From NCBI RefSeq assembly GCF_009914755.1, contig NC_060927.1: 64,000 nt of DNA. The stretch is one strand, 5' to 3'. The DNA comes from the human T2T-CHM13v2.0 reference genome, Homo sapiens. The position numbers and the translations under genes are program-made. The notes beneath the pieces are model-generated. The model saw only the letters and a list, made by a program, of their open reading frames with translations. It did not search any database and was not told the origin of the DNA. Shown here piece by piece: positions 12,503 through 25,899 of the stretch. Position 1 is the stretch's first letter. Every line of letters starts with the position of its first letter.

Positions 12503-13099
12503 TTCATATACAAGATTTATTTAAGTTGATTATTTTCAAGTATCTTAATTGCAAATTATGTTGAGCATAATTCATCAAGATCCAAACTGACTTTCATATA
12601 TCAAACTGAGAAGCCTTTCCTAAAAATATGCTCTCTTCCTAGAAAGCTGTATGTTTTACTCTTCTTTCTAAATTGCATATCTGTACATCTCTTCAGGAAG
12701 CTTCTCCTGGAAGAAGAAACTTCAGGATAAAAGAAAATATACGAAAGCACAAAATGTGTCTTCTTTGATCAATGGTTCAAGGATAAGACTTCAGTCTGAT
12801 ATTTTTGTTCTGTTTAGCTTTGTTTTACCCGGCTTTTGATTAATGCTTGAGTAGACTCTTTGCACCAGGAAATCGTGGATGACCAGTTTACTAATAGCTA
12901 GGTTTCTTTTCTCTAAGAGTCTAGATGAGACAGACAGAGGTGTAGCCAGATTATTAGACAAACAGATCAAACAATGAAATGTCTAAAGGCTGGAGGCAAA
13001 AAACAAAAACAAAAGCTAAAACAAACTAAAAAACAACTGAAAAACAGATGATGGCCAAGGACATGGGTATACAATCAGATTATTTGTGCTCTCTATCCA

Positions 13100-13262
13100 T
13101 CTTGCAACTTGTCCTTGGGAAAATTATTTAAACAAACTAGCCTCATAGTTCTCATACATAAAATAAAAATAACTGAACTACCTGCCTCTTGGAGTTGTTG
13201 TGAATGGTACTAAGATATGCTATGGCTAGGACAGTGCCTTACACACAGTGAATATTCAGCCA
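13100..13262 (+). mobile_element. MIR SINE
   Basis: CCTTGGGAAAATTATTTAA...TTCTCATACATAAAAT...GTTGTTGTGA...ACAGTGCCTTACACACAGT. Confidence 0.65.
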
Positions 13263-13456
13263 AAGATGGTGAGGCTGTTATGGTCCATGCTTTCTTCATA
13301 TCCTTCTGATTCACATGCTCTACTAGATGATCACGTGCCAAACAATTATGGCTACAGTCCATGGAACTAGAGTTCACACTAACAAGCATGTGGGTTGGGT
13401 GAAACACTTACTTCAGGATCTAGTTTAAAGACATCAGTATGTGTTTCTAACCCCAC

Positions 13457-13870
13457 TGATATGGTTTGGATATTTGTCCCCCCAAACTTCATGTTGAAAT
13501 GTGGTACCCAGTGTTGGAGGTGGGGCCCGTGGGAGGTGTTTTGGGGTCATGGAGGCAGATCTCTCATGGCTTGATGTTGTCCTCACAATAATGAGTGAGT
13601 TCTTGCAGGATCTGGTTGTTTAAAAGAGTGTAATACTTTCCTGTGTTCTCTCTCTTTCTCCTGCTCTCACCATGTGACATGCCTGTTCCTACTTGCCTTC
13701 CACAGTGAGTAAAAGCTCTCTGAGGCCTGCCTCAGAAGCCAAGCCGATGCTGGCTCCATGCTTTCACAGCCTGCAGAGGCTTGAGCCAATTAAAATGCTT
13801 TTCTTTATAATTTACCCAGTCTCAGGTATCCCTTTATTTCTTTATAGCAATGCAAGAATAGCCTAATACA
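13457..13870 (+). mobile_element. MSTB-type ERVL-MaLR solo LTR
   Basis: Complete LTR from TGATATGGTTTGGATATTTGTCCCC to ACCCAGTCTCAGGTAT...TAGCAATGCAAGAATAGCCTAATACA. Confidence 0.9.
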
Positions 13871-15989
13871 TACACCTTAAAAGACAAGACATGCTAGCGA
13901 GCCATAACTGCTTAATGAAAAGAACATCACCTAGAATTCCTATCCACTTAGCTGGGTGCTGCCATATCTACCAGTTTGTGTGGAATAGAGAGAAATTGGA
14001 TTTAACTCTGTCTTGTGTCACTCTTATACCTGACTTCATCAAACTTTCTGAATACATAAATAGTAGGAAAATTGAAAGGTAAGCCCAGGGAAACCGATAA
14101 GTATTTCATATTTTTACATAGAATGTTTAAAACCCCAAGGAAATTGGATGAGACAGATTATACCTGGCTGTTTAGAATGTGTTATGAGTAAACTACATTA
14201 TGGAAATTAATTAGAAGCTTAAGGGAGACGCATTACCAATTTCAGATTCTAATTTAGATGGATTGGGTGGTATGGTAATTTAAATTCACCTCATTTTGTA
14301 TATTCAAAAGATTGCCACTTTGGGGCAGTTAAGGTAACTTTTCTGATTCCATAGACAGTGTGATATGAGCAGCACTCACCCCAAGCATTCCACGAGGCTA
14401 TGATTTCCTCCCAGGGCATATTTATACTCTAATAAAATCCTAATTTGAGGATTTATCCGTTTACTGTACAATAGTGATGACAATGTGAGGTTGTGCAAAT
14501 CCTGGTGCTGCATATTACAGAGAGCCAGCACCTATCTTCCCACAGTGCTTACACTGTATAGCCCCAGAACATCTTTCGTCATGAGATTCATTGTTACAGT
14601 GTGGACTCTCAGAAACTGCATACAAAATGAAAAAGAATGACATGAAAGGAGGAACAAATCCTCCTTTTGTGCCATTCTTTCCCATTTGGTACATATATTC
14701 TCCACAGGGGCCCTAATGCTGGCGACATTATAGCCCCTCTTCTAGATCTGACCATCATATAGCTGAACTATATGATGCTCCTGAGTACACATCACCAATA
14801 CACAGACAGTTCTGTAAAAACAACAGACTAGGGGCCCTTGGCAGGACTGGCAAAAATGCTCTCAGCAACAAGGTTGGTATCTTGTCCCTGGAGCGCTTGG
14901 TGTATGACTTCTCCTTTCCCAATAGAACTACGACTTTGTCCATCTCCTCATGTAAGAAGACTCCTCACAAACATCTGTTGCCCTCATCACATCTTTGACC
15001 TGGACCTGGATCTTACAGATCAATGAGCCAAACTGGCATCCCTGATTGTGTGCAAGTGCCATGGTTTCCCATACATAGTCATAATGAGAACTCAGTGTTC
15101 TTTCATATATTTGAGCAAAAATAACATACCCAGATTCATACACATAAAAATAATGCAAATCCTCCTCAAATCTCATAAATGCATATCTTTCTCAATCAAA
15201 TAAAACTATACTTGAGAAGAAAGTAAATTCATCCAAAGTCATGTTCATTTTGAAGTCACTGAATGCGTGTGTAAAATTACTCTGTCCCCCACACATACTC
15301 TAGTAAATATCATCTATGATTAAGATTATCCTCATCATTTTGAGTTCAAGCTTACTTTTACTCTTGCACAAAAATTAGCGAAGTCTCATCTGACAAGGTT
15401 GGAGGTGGTTCTTCCATTGAATGGAGTAATCAGGTTCACGTAAAGAGAAATAACACGACATTAGAACGATGTTTTTCCACATTTACCTGATGACTCACTT
15501 TTCATATACTTGTATGTGACTTTCTCTTTTCTAGGGGACAATGCAATCCTAAAAGATTTCAGCTGACAACAAAAAAGTGTATCAGGATTGAATTAAGATG
15601 TGTTAAAATTAACACACTGACTTTTTTTTTTTTCTTATTTCACTCTGTGTGATAAAATACTAATGTGAGACCTAGTGAGCTTTGGAAGGAAGCTTCTCAT
15701 TTCTGATATTCTTCCTTCTGTCCCCATTACTTTTACTATATAAATCTCAAAGTAAATGGAAGGGGGAATCTCAATGGGTAGAAGCTGTTCCCACTCCCGC
15801 TGCTAGAACAAGTAGCGATAGTGCATCCACCTAGGAGTCCTTGTTCATGTCCACATGGCCTCTGCCACTGGGAGAGCAAGGCTGGCTCATCACTCAAGGA
15901 ACTCACGCTCCCATCTGAATTAATAATAACTGGCATATGAATAGCACTTTTATTTACAAATCCACAAATTTCTTTCATGTATATTATGT

Positions 15990-16140
15990 GAAATCTGTCC
16001 CAAACCCTACAAGTTGGAAATTTTAAGAATTAAAATCTCTTATTTTACAGCTGAGAAAGCAAACTCAGGGTGGTGATTTATCAGGGCATACAGCACATTA
16101 ATAGTGGAGCTAGGTCTCAAAATTAGATATTCAGATGTAA
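15990..16140 (-). mobile_element. MIR fragment
   Basis: ATTTTACAGCTGAGAAAGCAAACTCAG...AGTGGAGCTAGG. Confidence 0.55.
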
Positions 16141-16699
16141 GGAAAGGTCATGTTGCTAATGTTCTGCACTTTTTTTAGAGTATTTGCATGCCTAAACACA
16201 GCCTTTTGCACCACTGTGTGTACTCATGTATCATTACGTGCCTGCATGCCTGTGAAGTAGTCGGTCAGAAGTCTTTCACATAGAGAAGAACAAGGAAACA
16301 CACACCCTATTTTGGTAAAAAGGAAGAGATGATTGCTGCTTGAATGGGTACATGTGCTTAAATACAGACACATCACACAAAACTCTATCATATCACAGAT
16401 TTACTTTCTAAAAACAGTTTTCTTACAAACTGATATTTGTATTGTTATGAAATATTTGTATTAAATTATGACCACAGTACAAGTACAGTCCTATGTACCT
16501 GTACACCAAGTTAATGCAAAAGAACTACCATCAATAATCCTAGATTTCCCTCTCCATTCACCAGGTTTCCATTAGCTATGGCAACCCAATTTAAGAACAT
16601 ATTGAATGGAAATGAATTAAATTCAACTAGAAAGAAGATAACGCTCTTTATATTTCTTATATTGTTACATCATTTTCATTGTTTCCTTAGGGATGGAGG

Positions 16700-16905
16700 A
16701 TGAATAGCATTTGTTCAACATTTTCTAATACAAACATAACTTCAACATACAGTATCTGTTTCAACCCTCCCATTAACCAATTAAATTAAAAGGTAATTTT
16801 ATTATTCCTGTTTCCCAGATAAAAATATCTGAGTCTCAAAGATGTTCAGTTACTTGTCTCAGACCTCATACTCCTAGGTGCCATACCCAGAATCCCAACA
16901 TAAGT
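16700..16905 (-). mobile_element. MIR fragment
   Basis: TATTATTCCTGTTTCCCAGATAAAAATATCTGAGTCTCAAAGATGTTCAGTTACTTG. Confidence 0.55.
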
Positions 16906-16913
16906 GTCAATTC

Positions 16914-17203
16914 GTTTTTTTTCCTTTTTAATTTTTTTCTAATTTTTGCAGAAACATAGTAGTTGTATATATTTATGGGATACAAGAGATATTTTGATAC
17001 AAGCATGCAGTGTGTAATAATCACATCAGGGTAAATAGGGTATTCATCACCTCAAGCATTTATCCTTTGTGTTACAAATGATTCAATCATACTCTTAGTT
17101 ATTTCAAAATGAACACTTAAATTATTTTTGACTACAGTCCCCCTTTTGTGCTAGCAAATACTAGGTTTTATTCATTCTTTCTAATTTTTTTTATCCATTA
17201 TCC
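16914..17203 (-). mobile_element. L1MA2/3-like 3' end
   Basis: T-rich tail, then ACATAGTAGTTGTATATATTTATGGGATACAAGAGATATTTTGATAC...CATCACCTCAAGCATTTATCC. Confidence 0.8.
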
Positions 17204-18208
17204 GATAACTCTTAAATTAATGTGACTTCCTTTTTACCCTGCTACATGTCAGGAGTATCCCAGAAAGAAGAAGAAAGAAGGAAGCTGGACTGCAGGAATT
17301 GGGGAAGTAGGCATGACTCTTGTTCCTTGCCGAGTTCTCACTCCCACTGTTGAGCTACCTGTGTCATCCCAATCTTGTCATAAAACAAGGGAGTTTCTGC
17401 AGAACAAATCGAAATGGAAAGGAGATGCCAAGCACTCAGGAGGGATCTCTGTCAGGTCACTTAATATCCGGAACGAAAGCACAGGAGTGCCGGATCGAAG
17501 AGTTAATGAAGGTGGCTTTCATTGCCACAATAATCTTTATCACCTCCTCCCTTCAATAAAGATATATGCTTAGTAGAAAGTTTGCTTTATATACGAACAG
17601 TTTCAACACAACCCCTCATACCCACACTCTTCCTTCCATTCTTTCAACCAGATAATCACACCTACATTTTTTTGTATGGAAATTTTGAGGACACTCACTT
17701 GTTTCTGAGATGTTCCTATGTATTGAGGATAATTCTTTTTCACTTCCTAGAAAGGGCTTCCATCCCACTCAGAATAGCTCACAATATACTACTATGGTAG
17801 TGATGAGAGAGTGTAAGGTAGAGATCCAAATCTCAGAGACAGGCAAAGGAAAGTTCATATTCAACTTAGACCAAGAAGTTGAAGTGGGAGGATGGGAAGA
17901 GGGCAGAACACAATTGGAAAAGTTATGGGGTATTAATAGAAAGTGTCCCGAGTAAAACTCATGCACACATGCCCTAGGTCAAATTCCAAGAGAAAAAAAA
18001 AATACACTAGGAAAAATAAATCATTGGGAAAAAAATAGTTAAAAATGACCTCAATACGATGGCAATTTAGGGATGAAATAAAATCAAAAGTGGAAAGAGC
18101 TAGAAGGGCTTCATATACTACAAAACCTAAATTAGCTTTGTTTTGGAGAAAGTTTACTAACAGATGCCAGGTTCAACAGAAATGCCTCTGGCAATGGCAG
18201 AAACACTA

Positions 18209-18599
<391 letters not shown>

Positions 18600-20489
18600 T
18601 TAGAAAAGACCGGTGTCTGTGCACTGGGACATTGCAGGAACTTTCCACATGAAATCTTCCTTTGTGAGATACGTAGAGCTGCCACACACCAAATTTCTGC
18701 TTTGGATCCTAGAACTGCAACAAAATAACAATAAAATACAACTGGTATAACTCTTGAAGTTCCTTAAGCAAATTGTAAGCCAAAATTTATTTAACCTGCC
18801 CACGTATGATTTTTTTTCTCACACACTTCAAGGAATGCAGCTATATGTGTGGAAGAATTTCGTTCTGGTCAGAACACAGATCCGAGTTTGTATAATTGTT
18901 AAAATCGTCATGAAAGCAATCAAAAGTATCTCATTAATTCGTTTATGTTCTCAAATATTTAATAAGAACCTACTATGTACATGTTGAACTCTATTTGACA
19001 CTGGGAATGCAAAGAGAAATACAGCAGATTTTAAAAAATGATTCATTGGGTTTGGAGCTCCAGATTCTGATAAACCCAGAAACCAAAGGAACCAAAAAAA
19101 TCCAGAGAATAGCATCATTTGAGGGGCAGCAAGCTCCCAGAGATCAATGAGAATGGTCAGCTTGGAGATCTTTTTAGATCTTTGGAAGCTTGCTCTCTTT
19201 AAATGTTTAAAGTGCTGACTTAACAAAGACTGGGTAGATGTGTTCCGTGGGGCACCAGGGGACAAAACCATAGAAGTTATAGGGAGAGACATTTTGACCT
19301 AATAAAATTAAGGAGCAAAATGGGCCAGCTTACAAAGGCTTTCAGACCGTGGATATATCCAAGTAGAGGTTGAATAATCAACTCGTTAGAATATCCTAAT
19401 GGGGCTTTTGGCTCTTGAATGAAGTTAAATTTAAATCTATTAATCTGAGATAGTAAGACCAGTGGTGTTGGAAGACTCAATCTCACTGGTTCCCTTTATA
19501 TGAAAAAGTAATAAGATTAGCATTTTATAACTTTAAAATTATGCTATGTTATTTGCCTTGAAAATAATTTTAGTAATAAGATTATTAAAAAGTAGACCTA
19601 TAACAAGCAACAAATACTTCCACCCTTGGGGATTAGGGTGGGGTAATAAATTTCTTCAGTTCCTTATGCTGCTGTATCTCTGATTTCTTTTTTTAAGTCC
19701 GTTTGTAATAGTTGTGCCACAAAGTTTTACTCTGAGAAAAGAAGAAGAATAGTGCATCCCCAAGGGCAGGCCTGAGCCTACTTACATATTGGGTACAGTG
19801 TGGTCACTAGAAGTACATTGCTGTTTTAGACAGGAATATCTCATTACCACCGGTTGGTCATGAAAGTCATGGTTTGACTACTTTCTGCCCAAGTATGAAT
19901 TACTTGTATGAATGTTACCTATTTTAATGGAATGTCTGGTCAGTCAGTAGTTATTTTAGTTCTGGGTATTATACGGCAGCTATCTGTAGGCTATTAAATT
20001 GCTTTCCAAATCTGTTGAAGTAGCAGTTGTTACAGGATTAACTGGGTCAACAGAGTCTAGAGACTAATAAAGTTGAATCAGAATTGGATGCCTCTATTAG
20101 ATAACCTTCATCCTCTTTGAAACCATCCAACAAAGTCTTTCATACTCTTGCTTCTCTTTCTTACAAGAGATGCTCTGGTTCTTTATCACTAAAGCCTTTT
20201 TATTGTCTTTTTTTTTGACATTTTATTTTCTTCCTGGTATTGGATAAATAAAAAGTACAGCAGGAATACATAAAAGTGGGTAATGAGGAGGGGATAATAT
20301 CTATCAGAATTAATGTAGTACAGAACTAGATTTAAATATTGTTGGACTAGTGCAAAACCAGACATGTCTAAAAGAGAAGCTTGTCATAAAAGAGATACTT
20401 CCAACAAGTGGCAAAGGGAAAATTGCCTAACTACTTGGGGAGGGTAGAATGTTAAATTATTACCTTTTATCGTTATAAGTTTTATCAAG

Positions 20490-20800
20490 ATTAAATAATT
20501 ACATATAAAGAAATTAAACCATACTGACAGTAGGAGAAAATAAACACTTTATATGGCATCGTGGTGGAGAAAGTCTTTCTAAGCATGATACCAAAAGCAG
20601 AAACCAAAAGTACGAGACTCATAAGTACAACTAATTAAAAATTAGGATATCACATATAACAGCAAAGGAAATAATTAAATGCAAACATAAACTCTGAAAC
20701 TATTTACAACATATATGATGTATTAATACAAAAAATAGCTCTTAAAAATGAATAGAAGCTGAGAAAAAAGTATCCCCCCCAAAATAGCCCTAAGAAATGA
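20490..20800 (+). mobile_element. Very old L1M ORF2 3' fragment
   Basis: AAAGTCTTTCTAAGCATGATACCAAAAGCAGAAACC...TATTTACAACATATATG. Confidence 0.45.
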
Positions 20801-21359
20801 AGAAATGATAAGAAGATATTTCTGTGGTTTCTAATATATCTGATACTTATGTGGTTTTCCATATTTTCCTCTTTTAAACGATACTATAATGTGTGTGTTT
20901 CTACATATATTAGTGTATTTATTCACAAAGAGAGATTCCTATCTGGTGAGATTAGTCATCCCATGTCTTGACCTTCTCTATATGTATGTGTCTCATTTGC
21001 TTCACACAAATTCCAAGTCATCTTCTTCCCTTTGATTTATTTCTATCTATCTAAAATAGACTAATATGGAACTAATGATGTAATTTGTGTGCTAACCAGA
21101 GCCCACTCTGAATCACAACCACCAGATGTATCAAAACATTATGCTGTACATTACAAATATATACAATGTTTGCAAATTACAAAAGAAATTAATTAATAAA
21201 AAAATAAAAGACAGCCAGGATAGAAAAAACAAATGAGGCACAAATACATATTAATCTTAAAGCCCAGCAGCTGGGGTGTCCCTTCCCATGACTTTATTCA
21301 GCTGGAATTCTCCTTCTCTGAGCTTCTCTTTCTCTGAAATCCTTATTCTTATTCAACTG

Positions 21360-21470
21360 TTCCTCTAAGACAGAATTCTTGTCACATTTATTTGGTCATT
21401 CCAGTTGCTAACACAGAACCTGGCATGCAATATGCACCCAATAGTGTTTGATGCACGAATCCATGTGAAG
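21360..21470 (+). mobile_element. L2 3' terminal fragment
   Basis: CTAACACAGAACCTGGCATGCAATATGCACCCAATAGTGTTTG. Confidence 0.5.
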
Positions 21471-22399
21471 GAATAAGCTAAGTTTCTTTTCTTCTTTGAG
21501 GTCATCATGAGAAGATAAGGAGCAAATTTTGTAAAGATAATTGTAAAATGTGTACATCTAGTGAGGAGGTTAGTCCTATCTACAACCCAAACTCCTTTTC
21601 CTGCAACCAAAAGGATCCATGTTAGAGGAAGACCTGTGTGCCTAAACTTATATTAGATCCTACCAGTACTCTTCAAGATAAGACAAGACACAGACTATGC
21701 CTGGGAGGAGATGGCAATCTAGTGAGATAAGTAAGTTATAAATGCACACATGACACAGACACAAAAATTGAAAAAAAAGAGAAGAGTATGCAGACAAATA
21801 TTTGTTCAGATTTAAAAGAGGTTTCTGGAATGATTAGGAATGCAGATAACTAATAGGCTGGAGAAACAGTCCACATTGTGCACCACTTTGACCCTGCTCC
21901 TTGGCTGTTTTCCACCACAATTAGTTGTCTGGCAACCTTGCAAGATCTTAATAAAAATAACTCATAAGATTTAGTCACATCAGAAAAATCATCAAAATGT
22001 GTGATTGCAAATGTTTTGAAAGGGTCATGAGCTAAATAAGCATCTAGGATATACATTTAAAAAATTGCCTTATCTCTTTCATCTCCAAAGAAAACACCAG
22101 AAGGATACTGTCATATCTTCGGCACTCTCACCCCATCCTTCAAAATCTATTAATATCACATTGTGAAGTTGGTGCCATTGTCAGGAGTCCAATACAATCC
22201 CACAGCATTTCTTTCTTTTGTTTTTTCCTTTCTTGGAGAAGTAACCTTTTTCTAATCTTGTTACACACATTTTCATGCTTTCTAACCTAGTAAATACCAG
22301 ATGTATTTTTTGCTTGTAATTACATCAGATTTCATGACCTAAAAGAACATGAAATAATATAATTACACTATTTATATAAATAATATACTCAGGAGATTG

Positions 22400-22615
22400 T
22401 GCAAAGCCCCTCACAGTTCACAAAGCCCATTTGCACATAGTTGTTGTCAACTTAAAACCACTCTATGATTTGTTTGGACAGATTATAGTGGGTTTTTTTT
22501 TCCATTTTAGAAAGAAGAAAATTGAAGTTTAGAAATGCTAAGGAAAATTCTCAAGGTTAACAGAGCATGCAAATGGTAAAATGATTCTTGAAAACCATTC
22601 ATCTGCCTCTAAAAT
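22400..22615 (-). mobile_element. MIR fragment
   Basis: TCCATTTTAGAAAGAAGAAAATTGAAGTTTAGAAATGCTAAG...CTCAAGGTTAACAG. Confidence 0.55.
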
Positions 22616-25126
22616 TACGATATCCTGTTCCTATGCGTGGGATGCACAATTGAGAGAAAGAGGGAGAGAGGCAGCTGATCTTCCCTAGTGCCCCTAGCAT
22701 AGTAGTCGGGAGGTCAGGCAATTTCCTAAACTCAATGTACTATCATAGCAATAACTCAATCCATAACTCCTTCCTTATTATTCTATATTTCGCACTAGAA
22801 AAAAAATGGCACTTCTCTGGACTGGCTATATTGTTTACAGGAACTAATACCCTGTTCTTAGGGTCTTCCCAATGCAAAATTGGAAAAAGTATAGAAAAAC
22901 ATTCTCCTGGTATTTTATTACTAAATCTTTAGATATACATCTTAATTTTTGGATGCTTCTATTTCTCTCACAGCCCCAGAAATCCAGCGTTTCTTAGGAC
23001 TTTCGCTATCCTGAGCAATCTACCAAAACCACCTTCTCTAAGAAGAACCCTATGTACTTCCCTGTTTTGGTCATCTTTTCCATAGAAAGAGGAAAATAAA
23101 TGAGTTCATACTAAGACATTAATGATAGTAATTTGATAAATGGACTTCTCTGTTAATGGCAAAGCTATTTCTTTTATGAGTCTCTTATTGGTTCATTTCA
23201 GATATCAGTGACAGGCTGCAAGGGAAAATATTTGGAAATGGTTAGTCTTACTAGAAACTGCTACCCCTAAACCTCACCATAACATTAATTAGATGGATAT
23301 TTTTAAGTCTAGCATCCTAGATTTAGATTAATAATTTGTCTATATTGCTTTTAAAATGAAGAATTACATTTTAAATGCTTAGACTATTAAACTGAAATAT
23401 TGTCTGAATAAAAATAATAAACTGTCATTGACAAATAACCACTTCTACTTTCAACATGTCAGAGAAAACTGTAAAAGACAGAGAAAAGAGACTGGATACT
23501 GTGGAAGTTTCCCAGTGGGTCCAAAGGAAATAAAATGTCCCCTTTTCCTGAGCCCATTTAAGCCTTGCTTACATTAACTTTTAGAAAATGCACGGAGAAA
23601 ATATTTCAGAGAAGGGTCTTACTGGGATAAATTCGTATATTTCTTGGAACTCTGGTAGCCCATGAACGACAGCATATGTTAGTGTTAACCTTGTGTTACA
23701 TTTCTGAACCAGTGTCCAGCTCAGCCTCTGAGGCCATCTGCTTTCAGCGCTGAAAATAACCAGAGATGACTGAATTCTTGGAACACATTTTTCCTACTGT
23801 TTTATTAGAAAAACATTTCCACCCTAATCAATCTCTGTGTTTTACCTCAAGCATATATTTGATGAACATCCTAGGTTTGGTTCTTTACTACACACAGTAG
23901 ACTTTATATCCCCAGGAAAGCAATATTTGACGTTGGAGAAGTTTCAGTGCACATGCAATGGAATCCTATAAAGTCTCATTTGCTTTGCTCTCTGCTCTCA
24001 GGAGGAAAAGGGACATGTACTAAATGAAACCACAAGAGCAGGGAGATAAAGGAGCCCGTGTGCTGGTATTTTCCCTGCATTAATGCTTTCAGCATCCTCC
24101 TCACTCATTTAGATGTTCTAGTTATATATTTTTTCCCATATCCCATCTATTGTGTTTTCTTCCCTCTTTAGATGGCTCTTTGTGGCTCTCCTGATTGTCT
24201 GTATCTGACGGCTGAGGCACATAATCTAAAATGTGTGCTCAGATAAATGGTGAAAACAGAACATCTGAAAACACGAAAGTATTCCTGGCTGACTTATGAT
24301 TCAAATAGGATCTTCTTTGTCCCAATTAAGCAAGCCTACTTGAACAAAGATAGCTAAAACATTGTTTTCACACAGACATTTTTAAAAATGTATCAAATAA
24401 AGCAGAATAAAAGGACATAGAGGATGATATGGGAAGAACATTACTTACTAAGTCATTGCCTTTAGAAATCTTGAAGACATGTATTGAATTGCTTTGTTTC
24501 TGAACTGGATGGAAGCTCTGCAAAAATCCTCCTGTGACTTCTTTCATAGCCTTCATTCAGTTTTATATTGTTCTGAAGGTCCAGGCAGGGAGGATATGTA
24601 ATTGGACATTTGGTGAATGCAGAGGAGTGAAATTGTGTCCAAAGTTATTAGCTTATCTTAGTTTGAAGAGCAAGGAGAACATTTTATTTCATCTAACTTT
24701 TTATAGCAATCAATTAATCCTGTTTCAAGGATAACAACAGAATGTCTTTATTCATTCTCATGGAAACATTGACATCTAGTGGGTCACTGCATTAATGCAG
24801 GCCAGCTCAAAAGCTGGGGGAAATTCTCAAATCTTTGTGATGCTCAGTGTGGTACGCTCTCTTTGATTAATTTGGCCCATTGATCTCACTAGGTAGCTGC
24901 TGTTGATAATTGTGTATTTTTAAAAAATGATTCAAAGAAAGCTGTAGAAAACAAAATGAACATATCTCACCTATAGCTTTCATGTATGTTATAAATAAAT
25001 TCTTAAGGACTATTTTACTTGAAGATCTAATTCGTGTTTGTAGGAATCAAAACTCATAATGGTTCACTGAGTTTTACTAATGATAGAAGCTATCTATTCG
25101 TGTTAGGAGACCTGCAGAGCCTGGCA

Positions 25127-25290
25127 CAGTAGTTCCCAAACTTTTAAAATTCATAGATGACTTCGATAAACAGTATGAATACTCGGCCAGGAAATTTTAT
25201 ATTTGAGCAGCCACACTAAATTTTGCACACAACCTCAAGGAGTGCATAAAACATTTGAAGGTCAGGCTGTAAAAAACAAACAAAACCTGA
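25127..25290. mobile_element. hAT-Charlie-type MITE remnant (MER103-like)
   Basis: Begins CAGTAGTTCCCAAACTTTT (hAT TIR-like); internal AAATTTTGCACACAACCTCAAGGAG. Confidence 0.4.
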
Positions 25291-25307
25291 ACTAGTAATA
25301 GTGATAG

Positions 25308-25650
<343 letters not shown>

Positions 25651-25899
25651 GATAGCAAACTCTGTCATACCACTTACTACGTGTCAGGTACTGTTTTAAG
25701 TGCTGTTCATGTATGAGCTCATTTAACCCTCCCAACTCTTCTAAGAAGTAGCTATTATTCTTCACCGTTTCCACAGAAAAAGAAACAGAAACACAGAGAC
25801 ATAAAAATATTGGCTTAAAGCCACACAGTCCCTAGCAGGTAGAGTTAAGACTCAAACCTAGGTAGGCTGGCCCCAAATTCTATGTTCTGTCACACTGCC
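25651..25899 (-). mobile_element. MIR SINE (Alu inserted in its tail)
   Basis: CACTTACTACGTGTCAGGTACTGTTTTAAGTGCT...CTCATTTAACCCTC...GACTCAAACCTAGGTAGGCTGG. Confidence 0.75.

Noticed and set aside
14700-15060. Moderately GC-rich unique stretch with overlapping ORFs, considered as an exon or processed pseudogene
   Set aside because: No recognisable protein similarity in the frames examined, and no polyA/TSD or convincing splice pair.
17313-17573. 86-aa ORF with a small CpG cluster and a TCCGG/CCGGA inverted repeat
   Set aside because: Too few CpGs for an island, only a 5-bp stem, and no recognisable domain.
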